NCBI GenBank assembly: GCA_044356215.1
Contig: JBIKWQ010000008.1
Location: 1-63,035, forward strand
Length of the DNA stretch: 63,035 nucleotides
Direction of reading: 5' to 3'
Source: Bdellovibrionota bacterium
GTDB taxonomy: Bacteria; Bdellovibrionota_C; UBA2361; OMII01
Shown: in pieces, positions 1-9,651 of the stretch
Layout of the letters: every line of letters begins with the position of its first letter
How positions within the stretch are numbered: the stretch's first letter is position 1
The notes under the pieces: model-generated
The model's database searches: none
The model's input: only the letters and a program-made list of their open reading frames with translations
Told to the model about the DNA's origin: nothing
Translations under genes and position numbers: made by a program

Positions 1-8
1 CAGGATTT

Positions 9-1664
9 TTGAATTTTTCGGAGCGCAACCCTGGCACCGTCAGGGTGAGCACCGAAAATTCAAAAGCCAAAGTGATTTTGAGCAGATGCGCCGTTTTCAG
101 ACCCGCAACTGCTCTTTTTAGGATTATCGCAGGTGATGGTCTTGTGTTTCGAGATCCAGAAACTGGGAAGGAATTTGGAGGGGTTGTTTTTAACTCCAAA
201 CGCGAGGGAAGAAAGATAGTGCTCTCGTTTTCGCGTGATTCCGATCTCTCCAAAAATACCAAGCCAGGATTTGAGGTTTATTTAAATTCATCACCCCGAA
301 CCGAAAAGGAGCTCGAGAGATCGTTTGCTGATAAGGGATCTTTTAAAAAGATACCTATCTCTGTCACAGTTCGTGGCGCCATAGGAGAGCCGCTTGAATT
401 AGAGGTTACCGATAGAGACGGCAATCTAGTCACTGTAAGTTCTAACGCCAACCTCGAAACCGCTCAGAAAGCGCCTCTAACAGAGGAGTCTCTTGCTGCT
501 GAGCTAGGAGCTTTGGGGGGAACTGTTTTTGTATTAGAGCGACTACAGATGAAGATCTCTGGAACGTGTTTTATTCACTCGAGAGAGCTAAAGGAATTAA
601 GGCGCGCGGTGACTGACCGATTAGCTAAAGCTAGAATCTCGCGAGAGCCGCAAGTTCTAGCGCGGATAGAGCCACAGCAACTCATAAAGAATAGTGATAA
701 AGAGCCAAAGCTTCACGCGAGTCCTAAATTAAATCTTCTTGTACGTGAGTTCTCGCAGTTATCGCTTTTAGCTGGCTTGCCGATCGATACTGTCTATCTC
801 GATTTTGAATTTGGTAAAGAATACGGCCCCGCTGTTGAACTGGTTCGTTCCTACGGATATCGCGCTGGTATCGCCACAACCAGGATCTTAAAGCCCGGGG
901 AGCTGGCACATCTAAAAGTTATAGAGAGGCTTAAGCCAGAATCGGTTCTAGTGCGAAATTTAGGAGCCCTTGAATACCTCCGCCGTAATAGCGAGATGCA
1001 GCTTGTTGGTGACTTTAGTTTAAATATCACTAACTCGCTCAGCGCTGACTGGTTCTTATCAAAGGGGCTTAAAAGGCTCTGTCCTAGTTACGATCTAAAT
1101 GGCGAGCAGTTAGTTGAGCTTTTAAAGGCAAGCGATCCTGGATGCTTTGAGGTAACTCTGCATCACTACATCCCAGCATTCCATATGGAGCACTGCGTCT
1201 TCGCGGCTTTTTTAAGTAACGGCTCAAGTTACCGCGATTGCGGGCGCCCATGTGAGAAGCATCGAGTGGAGCTACGGGATAATAAAGGCGCGCTGCATCC
1301 ACTAAAAGCTGACGCGGAGTGCCGCAACACTATGTTTAATGGAGTCCCACAGACAGCTCTTAAATTGATCCCATCGCTAACAGATTTAGGTGTGGCAACT
1401 TTCAGGGTCGAGGTGCTCTTCGACTCAGCGGAGGTTACGCGCAGAAAGGTGGAGATATACGCTGAGCTGTTAGCCGGAAAAACCGGGAGTGCTGAAGTTG
1501 TGAGGGAGCTTGGCGCGGTTGAGCGTTATGGAGTAACTGATGGGCAGCTATACGCCATTCGCGGTTATACTGATCGCAAAAAAGATTTCGTGCCACTTGA
1601 TAAATTAGCTAACTCAGCTGACCCGGGGTTGAAGCTGATAACTAGAAAAGGACCTTCCTTATGA
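9..1664 (+). CDS. U32 peptidase-family protein (RlhA-like RNA hydroxylase with DUF3656-like region); probably 5'-truncated by the window edge
   Basis: Motifs 'VGDFSLNITN', 'PSYDLN', 'HMEHCVF...CGRPCE', 'CRNTMFN' typical of the C-terminal part of long U32 proteins; the N-terminal U32 domain is absent, so the gene likely starts upstream. Confidence 0.85.
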   Translation: MNFSERNPGTVRVSTENSKAKVILSRCAVFRPATALFRIIAGDGLVFRDPETGKEFGGVVFNSKREGRKIVLSFSRDSDLSKNTKPGFEVYLNSSPRTEKELERSFADKGSFKKIPISVTVRGAIGEPLELEVTDRDGNLVTVSSNANLETAQKAPLTEESLAAELGALGGTVFVLERLQMKISGTCFIHSRELKELRRAVTDRLAKARISREPQVLARIEPQQLIKNSDKEPKLHASPKLNLLVREFSQLSLLAGLPIDTVYLDFEFGKEYGPAVELVRSYGYRAGIATTRILKPGELAHLKVIERLKPESVLVRNLGALEYLRRNSEMQLVGDFSLNITNSLSADWFLSKGLKRLCPSYDLNGEQLVELLKASDPGCFEVTLHHYIPAFHMEHCVFAAFLSNGSSYRDCGRPCEKHRVELRDNKGALHPLKADAECRNTMFNGVPQTALKLIPSLTDLGVATFRVEVLFDSAEVTRRKVEIYAELLAGKTGSAEVVRELGAVERYGVTDGQLYAIRGYTDRKKDFVPLDKLANSADPGLKLITRKGPSL

Positions 1665-2308
1665 GTGACCCATTCTCCAAAACACGCAAGGAATATCAAA
1701 AAGGTGCTTTAGATATAGATTCTGTCGCGGCGAATCCAGTCGATCAGTTTAAAGCTTGGTTTGAGCAAGCAAGCGCAAGTGAGACGCACGAGCCAAACGC
1801 CTGCGCGCTGGCGACAGTAGGAGAGGACCTACAACCATCAGTACGGATGGTCTTATTAAAAGGTTTTGATAGCGCTGGGTTTGTATTCTTCTCTAACTAT
1901 CAAAGCGCCAAGGGAAAGCAACTTGAATTTAACAATCGAGCGGCACTAGTTTTCTATTGGGCGAGCCTTGAGCGACAGGTGCGCTTAGAGGGGGTAGTGG
2001 AGCGTGTATCGGCCGCCGAGAGCGAGCAGTACTTTTACAGCAGGCCAAGGGACTCTCAATTTGGTGCAGCTGTTTCTGCGCAGAGTGAGGTAGCGGCGTC
2101 TCGACAAGAATTAGATGACGCGATGGCGCGACTAAGAGATAACGTGCAAGATGGCGCGGTACCAAAGCCGGCGCATTGGGGTGGATATCGTTTAGTTCCT
2201 CAGAAGTTTGAATTCTGGCAGGGACGAGAGAATAGATTGCACGACAGAATTCAGTACATAAGTGGTAGCGCTGATAACTCTTGGAGGATTGATCGACTGT
2301 GGCCGTAG
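1661..2308 (+). CDS. pdxH: pyridoxine/pyridoxamine 5'-phosphate oxidase
   Basis: 'PSVRMVLLKG', 'RQVRLEG', 'YFYSRPRDSQ', 'HWGGYRL', 'EFWQGRENRLHDRI'; ATGA overlap with the upstream gene. Confidence 0.97.
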   Translation: MSDPFSKTRKEYQKGALDIDSVAANPVDQFKAWFEQASASETHEPNACALATVGEDLQPSVRMVLLKGFDSAGFVFFSNYQSAKGKQLEFNNRAALVFYWASLERQVRLEGVVERVSAAESEQYFYSRPRDSQFGAAVSAQSEVAASRQELDDAMARLRDNVQDGAVPKPAHWGGYRLVPQKFEFWQGRENRLHDRIQYISGSADNSWRIDRLWP

Positions 2309-3186
2309 CTAGTATTTCCCCAAAGATTCTTTTATTAGGTGGTGGCTACACCCTAAACAGAGTTGCCGAGAGACTTCAGCCCGGAAGCTTTGTAATAACA
2401 TCGAGAAACGACGAGCAGCGCGCTAAGTGGGAAGCTCTGGGCTGGTATAGCATTAAGGTAGAGCTAGATGACCAAGAGTCCATAAAGCCCCTATTTGATA
2501 GGTATCCAGATATAGAAATCGTAGTGGACAGCGTTCCTCCGTTTAGGTCAGGTGGAGATGATATATCTAAAGCCGTAGCAGGGGTGAGAAACGTTGCTAA
2601 AGTTGTTACCTCAACGAAGGTGATGCGAATTATTTACCTAAGCACCACCGGAGTCTTTGGTACCCGGGATGGATCGTGGGTCGATGAGGCAACCACTCCA
2701 GCACCGTGGAATCCGCAGAGCGCGGCGCGGCTAGAGTCAGAGAAGATATATAATCAGGTCGCGTCGGAGAGTAGTGGTGCCATAACCGCGACATCGCTTA
2801 GACTTCCCGCTATCTATGGAGATGATCGTGGCGTAGCTATTTCGCTACGAGCAGGCACATATTCATTAGTTGGGGATGGCTCGCAGTGGACCAATCGGAT
2901 CCATGTTGAGGACTTAGCCAACATTATAGTTAGTTGTATTAGTTACGATGGTAAATTACCGCCGTTGTTTTGCGTTAATGATGACGCTCCGACTCAGGCG
3001 AGAGATGTAGTGAAGTATATCTGCGAACGAGATTCATTACCGTGGCCTAGATCGATATCAGAGCAGGAGGTGCTTAATCGAGGTGGATACACGATGCTCT
3101 CTAATCAGCGGGTGAGGAATAATTACCTGAAAGATTTTCTGGGGATAAAGCTGGGGTATCCGTCGTTTAGGGGGAGAGGGTCATAA
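2299..3186 (+). CDS. NAD-dependent epimerase/dehydratase (atypical SDR, YeeZ-like)
   Basis: 'LLLGGGY', 'YLSTTGVFG', 'RLPAIYG', 'NRIHVEDLA'. Confidence 0.85.
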   Translation: MAVASISPKILLLGGGYTLNRVAERLQPGSFVITSRNDEQRAKWEALGWYSIKVELDDQESIKPLFDRYPDIEIVVDSVPPFRSGGDDISKAVAGVRNVAKVVTSTKVMRIIYLSTTGVFGTRDGSWVDEATTPAPWNPQSAARLESEKIYNQVASESSGAITATSLRLPAIYGDDRGVAISLRAGTYSLVGDGSQWTNRIHVEDLANIIVSCISYDGKLPPLFCVNDDAPTQARDVVKYICERDSLPWPRSISEQEVLNRGGYTMLSNQRVRNNYLKDFLGIKLGYPSFRGRGS

Positions 3187-3223
3187 TCCGCGGAGCGTGG
3201 TAACTAAACGCTCCCTGAAGCGG

Positions 3224-3254
3224 AATATTTTTTACCGCAGGGGGCGCAGGGGAA
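3224..3254 (+). repeat. degenerate half-copy of the CACAGAG palindrome arm of the MITE family
   Basis: AATATTTTTTACCGCAGGGGGCGCAGGGGAA resembles ATTATTTTTTACCACAGAGGACGCAGAGGAC in the MITE copy at ~20657. Confidence 0.45.
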
Positions 3255-3315
3255 CCTGACTATTACCTATATTCTAGAAGATAAGTCTTCACAGATAGGG
3301 AACAAGATAACAAAT

Positions 3316-3693
3316 ACGTAAAAGCTCTTTTACGTCTCGCCGCTCTCTTTTACTCTTTGTAAAGAAATGATCAATTCGTCAATCCTAGACAGCTTTTACA
3401 AAGAGACCAGCGATAACAGCGAGGGCAAGGTATAAGCTGCGCTGTCAGTACCTCCCCCCTCTGGCCGTTCTCGCTGGCCTCTTTGTTTAAATGAAAACCT
3501 CGGCGGCTCCTTTTTGTACAAAGAGAGCGGCGAGAGAAAAGAGGGGGAGAGGAAAGGTGAAGTATAAAAGATGAGGACCATGCCCAGCAGGACTGAGCTA
3601 AATCCATTAAAGCAGACGGCAAAAATGTGAGGTGCGCAGCCCAACATATAGAAGCGGGGCCTGTGTAATTTACACTGCCATCAAAAATACACC
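3316..3693. other. highly structured intergenic region (candidate ncRNA or non-autonomous element)
   Basis: Perfect 16-bp inverted repeat 3335-3350/3520-3535 enclosing further stems (3353-3363/3395-3405; 3398-3413/3471-3486, 15/16), plus further hairpins to 3693. Confidence 0.45.
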
Positions 3694-3767
3694 TGTGTTT
3701 TTTCGCTACCGAGTCTTTTGTAGCATTTAGTTTGGGCTTACTTGGCGGGTTGGTCTAATCTCCGGCG

Positions 3768-4571
3768 TTACTTGCTACGGGTCTTTGCGTATTTCCTGGC
3801 ACTCCTCCACATTACCGAGAAGTTCTCCAGGAAGCTCCTGGCGATAGTTTTGTTCCAGATCATAATTGAGACGACCTCCTGACTAAAGAGGTCCATCGTT
3901 ACCAACTCAGATGTAATAATAGTTGAAGTAGGCGAGGTGATTCGGGAGTCTAAAACCTTAATAATTGTTCCGCGTTCACGTGATAAGCGCTCTTGGTATT
4001 CGCGAGTGATCGCGGCGCTTGGTATTATAAAGTGTTTGCGTACCTTCTTCGCCCGGCAGTATCTGGCGTATTCTAGATAGCGGTCACCCAACACTGAGTA
4101 GATATCGGAGTCACGCACAGAGGCAATCGCTCTGATCACACCATCTCCTCTCGCGGCTGAGTCAACGACCTGTATCAGGCGGCGAAAAAACTGCTCTTTC
4201 CCCTTGATTATATCAACGTGCAGGGTGTCTTGAGATGACTTGGCAAGTCCCTGAAGTATCGGCACTACCTTTTCAAGATCTCTCAGACGCTCCGCTTCGC
4301 GATCTAATAGCGTCTCCGGCCTAGCCGCGCTGAAGACCTTTCGTCCTCGGCTGGTAGCGTAGGATACGAAGCCAAGCTCCTCTAGTTCCGAGAGCGCTGC
4401 ATACACAAATTGTCGATGCAGCCGAGTACGCCTTACTATAGGCCCCGCGGTTGAAGGTCCGAGCGCTACTAGTTCTCGGTAAACCTTAGCCTGATATTTA
4501 GTGAAGCCAAATGACTCGAGGGCGCTGAGCTCTGAACCGTTAGAGTTTTTGTCAATAATCATTGACAACAA
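3768..4571 (-). CDS. TrmB-family transcriptional regulator
   Basis: N-terminal wHTH 'LESFGFTKYQAKVYRELVALGPSTAGPIVRRTRLHRQFVYAALSELEELGFV'; C-terminus ending 'FLENFSVMW'. Confidence 0.85.
   Translation of the reverse strand: MLSMIIDKNSNGSELSALESFGFTKYQAKVYRELVALGPSTAGPIVRRTRLHRQFVYAALSELEELGFVSYATSRGRKVFSAARPETLLDREAERLRDLEKVVPILQGLAKSSQDTLHVDIIKGKEQFFRRLIQVVDSAARGDGVIRAIASVRDSDIYSVLGDRYLEYARYCRAKKVRKHFIIPSAAITREYQERLSRERGTIIKVLDSRITSPTSTIITSELVTMDLFSQEVVSIMIWNKTIARSFLENFSVMWRSARKYAKTRSK
4549..4568. promoter_or_regulatory. palindrome TTGTCAAT-N4-ATTGACAA, candidate TrmB operator
   Basis: Perfect 8-bp inverted repeat at the junction of the divergent regulator and binding-protein genes. Confidence 0.5.
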
Positions 4572-4637
4572 TATAACATCATAACGTTGAGTAGGCAGCT
4601 TATTTATGACACCCTCATCCGAATGATAGGTGGAAAT

Positions 4638-5714
4638 ATGACCAAAAAAGCGCGTTTAACTGCCATTTCCCTAATTTTACTATCTTTCTCGCAGCCAAAG
4701 GCGTTAATAGGTGAGCCCCACCGGGTCTTCACCATAGGTGTTATAGTAGGTACAACGGGCATAGCCGCCGCGTCTGGGGTTAGTGTCAGAAACGGGATAG
4801 AACTCGCCGATAGGGATTGCGACCAAGGCGACCACGTTAGGTTTATCTTTGAAGACGATGGCTTTCAGGCAAAAACAGCTGTCAGCGCGGCCGATAAGCT
4901 AATTCATCGCGATAAAGTGGACGCCCTAATAACGTTTAGTGGCGCTACCTCGATGGCTGTGTCCGCTGTGGCAGATAGAAGGCGCGTGCCGATGATATCA
5001 GTGACAGCGCTTAGTGATGTTAGCGCGGGAAAGGATTTAGTTCGCACGATATTTATCCCACCTACTAAATTAGCGAGCATGATGTCTGAACTGATATCGC
5101 GATTGGATCCGCCAAGGGTCGCTTTAATTACCTCATCTCAAGAAGCGCTGTTGGGGATTCGTAAGGCTCTACTGACTTCTTTAGCTAATGATCCTTCCGC
5201 GCGACCGATAGTTTTCGATGAGGAGATCGCGCCGGGAGATGTGGATCTCTTTAGCTTAGTAACTCGTATGATTAGCCGAAAGCCGGAGGTGGTAATTAGT
5301 CTAACACTCCCTCCACAGTCAGCGACGCTAGCGAGGCTCCTTAAAAACCAGGGTTACTCGGGTCGTCTTGTTGTTGGGCCACCTACATATAATTTCTCAG
5401 AGATTAAGGCGGCCAATGGCGCGCTTACTGAGGCGTTGTTGATCGGCCCAAAGAGTGGGGTTAGTGATTCTTTCTTTAGGCGGTATCGTGAGCAGTACGG
5501 CGAGCCCAGCGTAGCTGAGGGAATGTATGGCTACGACGGGGCTAAATTCCTGATTGAAGCTGCCAAGAGCGGAGATATCGGGGAATTTCTTAAAAATTCA
5601 AGGATGATGAACGGCTCGGCAGGTTCGTATCAGATCAATGCTGATAATTTATTTGAGGTGCCAGCGGAGGTTAAAGTGATAACTCGGAATGGAGATGTGG
5701 CTACTTCTTGGTGA
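4638..5714 (+). CDS. periplasmic ABC substrate-binding protein, LivK/LivJ-like (PBP type 1)
   Basis: Signal peptide; 'IFEDDGFQAKTAVSAADKLI...VDALI', 'YGYDGA'; ATG 4638 with AGGTGG upstream preferred over TTG 4587. Confidence 0.85.
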   Translation: MTKKARLTAISLILLSFSQPKALIGEPHRVFTIGVIVGTTGIAAASGVSVRNGIELADRDCDQGDHVRFIFEDDGFQAKTAVSAADKLIHRDKVDALITFSGATSMAVSAVADRRRVPMISVTALSDVSAGKDLVRTIFIPPTKLASMMSELISRLDPPRVALITSSQEALLGIRKALLTSLANDPSARPIVFDEEIAPGDVDLFSLVTRMISRKPEVVISLTLPPQSATLARLLKNQGYSGRLVVGPPTYNFSEIKAANGALTEALLIGPKSGVSDSFFRRYREQYGEPSVAEGMYGYDGAKFLIEAAKSGDIGEFLKNSRMMNGSAGSYQINADNLFEVPAEVKVITRNGDVATSW

Positions 5715-5899
5715 AAATTCCCCCTCCGGCCCTGACCTTTAGCTCTTCTAACCCCCTAAAAGATCAGGGCTTATGAGAGTAGACAGATTACTAATCCCCG
5801 TTTTACTTGGGCTGTTTTGACTAGTAAAATACCGTAGTGCAAACTTATAGCAGCGGCTTGTATAAGCTAGCCAGCGCACGAATCTTTTAGAAGCAGTTT

Positions 5900-8827
5900 A
5901 TGGCAGTTAAATCAGTTCTCACCTCCTCGCCAGCAGTAGGTCCATCACAGGTTGAGCTTGGCAAACCACATGGAATACAGCGGTACCTGGAATCGCCGGT
6001 GTTTAAGCCTAAAAACTTTGATCTCCAAGTTGCTGCAGATATCAAACAGGTCGCGATATTTCAGGCGGCTCAGATCATCTCTGGCTTACAGCACTGGCAA
6101 AATAAGTTAGCTCCCGATCAGGATGTCAACCTTGTTTTTGCCACGGGCAAATCGCAGCTGATGGCGATAGCTGAAGTAATGCGAATAAAAGATAATTGGA
6201 GAAAACTTGATCAAAATGAGAAGGCACTGCTTCAGGGACTGGGTGTTGATTTTGATTCGCACTCAGATGAGCCCTTCAATCCGCATAGGATTCGTGCGTC
6301 CCATCTGGATACGATCTTTCCGCAGAGTCGCGAGGCGCTTCACTCATACGCGGTTCAGGTTAACGCTTTCTGTGATCGACTCGGTATCAGCAAAGATAAG
6401 AGGCTCCTCTGGTACGGTGATATAAAGGATCCAAAGGAGGCAAATAATCCCGCCGCATTACTAGATGCCGCTAAGAATCGCTTGCCGAGTGATGAGTACG
6501 AAAAAATTCTGGCTTCTATAAAGAAGGAAGGACTGCTTGTTGATAAGTTTAAGTCAGGCGAACTAGATCAAAGTCATTCCCAGTACGCATATCTTCAAGA
6601 TATGCAGAGCTATCTCAGGGCCTATGCGGATAATTTACGTCAATCCGGTGGTGGCCACATCATCCTCTTTGGAGTTGGCTCGGGCTATGAAGGGCAGGGA
6701 CATGTAGGGTTTGTTGAGGCAGAGCATCTTCAGCATGCGGACAATTTCTTGAATATGCCAGCTTTTATCGGATTAGCCAGCCACTCGGCGCTTGCTGGCA
6801 ATATAAAGGCAAATGGTGGGATTGATAACGCATTCACTTCAGAGGGTAATCAGACAGTAGGTGCGGCCACTCTATCATCTCAGGATTTTAGGTTTAACCC
6901 TGATGCAAAAATTATTCTAACCATTACGGGCGCTGGAAAGGGATCCACTACTCGTGCTTTTTGTGAGAATGATATCAGTGCCGAATATCCGGCTGGAGTC
7001 TTGAGCGGGATTGGGGCAAATGAAGAGAACGGTGGCAAGAGCGTAGTTATCGTTGGACCTAGCTGCGTCGATGACACGATATATGGCCAACTCCCAGAGC
7101 TTTTTGATCCCAATATTATCCAAATGAACGAAGAGGACCGGCCTAATTTCCTGACCAGGGCTCTGTTGGCGCATAACCTACGTAACCCAGATAACCAGAG
7201 AGATATCAGCTCTATTACCCGTAGTGATATAGTTGCCTTGGTATATCCCAATACAGATGATGCAAGAGCTAATAAGCTTCTAGAGAAGTTAGGGTCGCTT
7301 ATTCCGACCAGTGATTTAGAAGGGCGATCGGATGCGACCGATCCGTTTAAGATTGCTAAGGATGCGGTGGTTAGTAGAATTAAAAATTCTCTGGTCGACG
7401 TGGACAATTTTGCCGATTGGCTGGGGCTAGAGCAAGGTAACAGTGTGCTTCACAAAAGCCCGCACTTAGACGATGTAACTCTCGCTTTTGGCCCTGGTCC
7501 ACTAAAGGCTTTGGCAGAAGCGGGAGTCCGGCAACACGTAGTGACGGCTACCCCTGGTGACAGTGCTGTGGCGACAACATATGTACTCAACGTCCTGGAT
7601 GAGGTGGCTAAGATACCAGAGGACGAATTTAAAGAGATAGTCGCGGGTGCTCGGGATGCTCAAGGGGCTAACTCTCTTGAGAAAGGGTTCTTATGTGATC
7701 TCCGGATACTGCTAGAATCATCACAACCACCGGTCGTGGTAAACGATAATCACGTGGACTTTAGTTTCTGGGGGAAACTATCGCCGGAGGAGCAAAAGCT
7801 GCGAGCTAAATTAGCACTGCTCTCGTTGATTCGATACGGCCGGAGAACGGGCGAAGGATCTGTTCCGAAGCCGTACACAGATCAGCGGCATGTAGCCGCG
7901 CTGAGAGATGTCCTAGCTGTTCATTCCGAAGAATCTCCAGAGTGGACCTCACCAAAACAGCCGGAAATCCTGCGCTACGTGAAGGAGTGGATCCGAGTGG
8001 TAGAGGACCAGACAGCTTTTATGGCGTGTGAAGTCGCTTACGATGATTACCAACCGCCGATGCACCCGACCTGGTACACGGGAGGCGCGGAGCGAGAGCG
8101 CACGCTCAGTCAGGTTGATATCGAACAGATGAAAGAAGTGATCCTAAAAACTAAACCTAAAGTCATCGTCCTTAACGGAGAGGGCTTTATGGATCACGAA
8201 GCTCACTGCTTAACCGAGATGGCGACCCGTATCGCTCTAGAGCAGCTAGTCCAAGAGAATCAGCTTAAGTGGTCCTGCAAAGTAGTCCTGTATCGTGGTG
8301 TGTGGGACCGGACGGAGGTATCCGCATCGCCTGAGCAGATGCTTCTTAAAATGTCCCGGGAGAATCTCACCGGCGTAGATCTCCTCTTTCGCCGCCACTA
8401 CCGCTCGCAGGTTCCGGCTTTGGTTCCCGATGGAGGGTGTCCGAAAACTTTCTTTTCTGAGAGGGTAATCCAAAACGCCCGGAAATCCGCGGATTCATTG
8501 CGGCACATCCTCGGTGAACAGATATATAATGAGAATGTCGATATAGACTATGGTGTTTTAGCCTTTGACGTAGTTGATCTGACCGATGATAAGCACCGGT
8601 CGGATTTCGCGGCGAGGACGCGCGAGCTTGAAGATGAGCTCGAGCTAGTACGAGAGAGTATTGAACGCGGAGCTCTGAGTAGGGTTGTCGCCAAGACGCC
8701 AAGCGTTGATCTCGCGAGGCGTTGGAGAGAGATTGAGGAATTCAGCTATCGGGCAGGACTCCGCATAGACGCGATTTTCTCGGAAGATGAGATAAAGTTG
8801 ATGGCTGGCCATTCTCAAGCAGATTAG
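5900..8827 (+). CDS. divergent glucosamine-6-phosphate deaminase (NagB-like) fused to a PIG-L/LmbE deacetylase-like domain
   Basis: NagB-like 'VFATGKS', 'HLDTIFP', 'GGGHIILFGVG...GHVGFVE', 'GAGKG'; PIG-L-like 'SPHLDDV', 'DHEAH', 'LYRGVW', 'HYRSQ'. Confidence 0.7.
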   Translation: MAVKSVLTSSPAVGPSQVELGKPHGIQRYLESPVFKPKNFDLQVAADIKQVAIFQAAQIISGLQHWQNKLAPDQDVNLVFATGKSQLMAIAEVMRIKDNWRKLDQNEKALLQGLGVDFDSHSDEPFNPHRIRASHLDTIFPQSREALHSYAVQVNAFCDRLGISKDKRLLWYGDIKDPKEANNPAALLDAAKNRLPSDEYEKILASIKKEGLLVDKFKSGELDQSHSQYAYLQDMQSYLRAYADNLRQSGGGHIILFGVGSGYEGQGHVGFVEAEHLQHADNFLNMPAFIGLASHSALAGNIKANGGIDNAFTSEGNQTVGAATLSSQDFRFNPDAKIILTITGAGKGSTTRAFCENDISAEYPAGVLSGIGANEENGGKSVVIVGPSCVDDTIYGQLPELFDPNIIQMNEEDRPNFLTRALLAHNLRNPDNQRDISSITRSDIVALVYPNTDDARANKLLEKLGSLIPTSDLEGRSDATDPFKIAKDAVVSRIKNSLVDVDNFADWLGLEQGNSVLHKSPHLDDVTLAFGPGPLKALAEAGVRQHVVTATPGDSAVATTYVLNVLDEVAKIPEDEFKEIVAGARDAQGANSLEKGFLCDLRILLESSQPPVVVNDNHVDFSFWGKLSPEEQKLRAKLALLSLIRYGRRTGEGSVPKPYTDQRHVAALRDVLAVHSEESPEWTSPKQPEILRYVKEWIRVVEDQTAFMACEVAYDDYQPPMHPTWYTGGAERERTLSQVDIEQMKEVILKTKPKVIVLNGEGFMDHEAHCLTEMATRIALEQLVQENQLKWSCKVVLYRGVWDRTEVSASPEQMLLKMSRENLTGVDLLFRRHYRSQVPALVPDGGCPKTFFSERVIQNARKSADSLRHILGEQIYNENVDIDYGVLAFDVVDLTDDKHRSDFAARTRELEDELELVRESIERGALSRVVAKTPSVDLARRWREIEEFSYRAGLRIDAIFSEDEIKLMAGHSQAD

Positions 8828-8828
8828 T

Positions 8829-9182
8829 CTACCCGGCACGTTCAAGATACTCCATCATCAGCTGTTTTATCTTGGTCTGATATGGAGTCTTCTCTCGCTC
8901 GGCTTTGTAGCGAAACGCCTCTAGTAGTGGCTCAGGAATCTTTATGCTGATGAGCTTTGAGCGCTTTTGAGCTCGCGGATCTAACATCCGCTTGTAGTTC
9001 TCAATAAAATTCATCACCTCGGTCACATCATCAATATTAGGGGCGATGATCTGCTCGCGCTTGGCAAGCTGTAAGGGTTTCAGAGTAGGAGCCTGCTCGC
9101 GCGACTCTCGTGCTTGTCTTCCGTCCGATTTTATTTTGCTGGCCCTATTCTTATTTGAGCTATTTCCCTTTTTTTGTCTCAT
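8829..9182 (-). CDS. CopG/BrnA-like antitoxin (C-terminal ribbon-helix-helix)
   Basis: 'SKLISIKIPEPLLEAFRYKAEREKTPYQTKIKQLM' matches the BrnA/CopG-antitoxin pattern. Confidence 0.75.
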   Translation of the reverse strand: MRQKKGNSSNKNRASKIKSDGRQARESREQAPTLKPLQLAKREQIIAPNIDDVTEVMNFIENYKRMLDPRAQKRSKLISIKIPEPLLEAFRYKAEREKTPYQTKIKQLMMEYLERAG

Positions 9183-9645
9183 ATTCTCCCAGCATCTCTA
9201 GAACTTTAATATCCTCCAGGTCTTGTGGACGCCCGGATGCTCTTTTCATCTTAATCAGGTCCTCGCGGGCTAGAACCGAGATCTTACTCGTGCCGATATT
9301 CTTAGTAACGCGACTCATTCGCGCTAAATCATGAGTTATGATCACATCAATAACCTCAAATAGGTTACGTGGATTATAAAAGCTCCATGCTATGAGATTC
9401 CTCTCGCGAATGTACTCCTCGCGGAAGTTAAAGACCTCGCTCGCTTTTACCGGTATTCGAGAAGTAAGCCCTAGCCGTTCGAGACTTTGCTCTAATCGCC
9501 GGAATATCTCCGCTGAATGCTCGACTACAATGTCAATGTCGACCGTACCGCGAGGAGCTCCAAGTAAAGCCAGCGCCAGCCCGCCAACAACGGCGTAAGG
9601 CACCTTCGCTTGGTCCAGTTCTTTAGCTAGTTTCTCCAGAAGCAT
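9160..9645 (-). CDS. Pol-beta superfamily nucleotidyltransferase (DUF6036/AbiEii-like)
   Basis: 'YAVVGGLALALLGAPRGTVDIDIVV' and 'LIKMKRASGRPQDLEDI'; likely start ATG 9645. Confidence 0.8.
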   Translation of the reverse strand: MLLEKLAKELDQAKVPYAVVGGLALALLGAPRGTVDIDIVVEHSAEIFRRLEQSLERLGLTSRIPVKASEVFNFREEYIRERNLIAWSFYNPRNLFEVIDVIITHDLARMSRVTKNIGTSKISVLAREDLIKMKRASGRPQDLEDIKVLEMLGEYETKKGK

Positions 9646-9651
9646 AAGACT

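Noticed and set aside
3371..3647. Two 83-aa minus-strand ORFs; RNase P RNA suggested by GAGGAAAG
   Set aside because: The ORFs look non-protein-like, and the RNase P core GAGGAAAGTCC and 3' consensus are absent
6880..7407. Long antisense ORFs (also 18313-18789, 28393-29229, 36791-37219, 55093-55599)
   Set aside because: Shadows of well-supported opposite-strand genes, with no motifs
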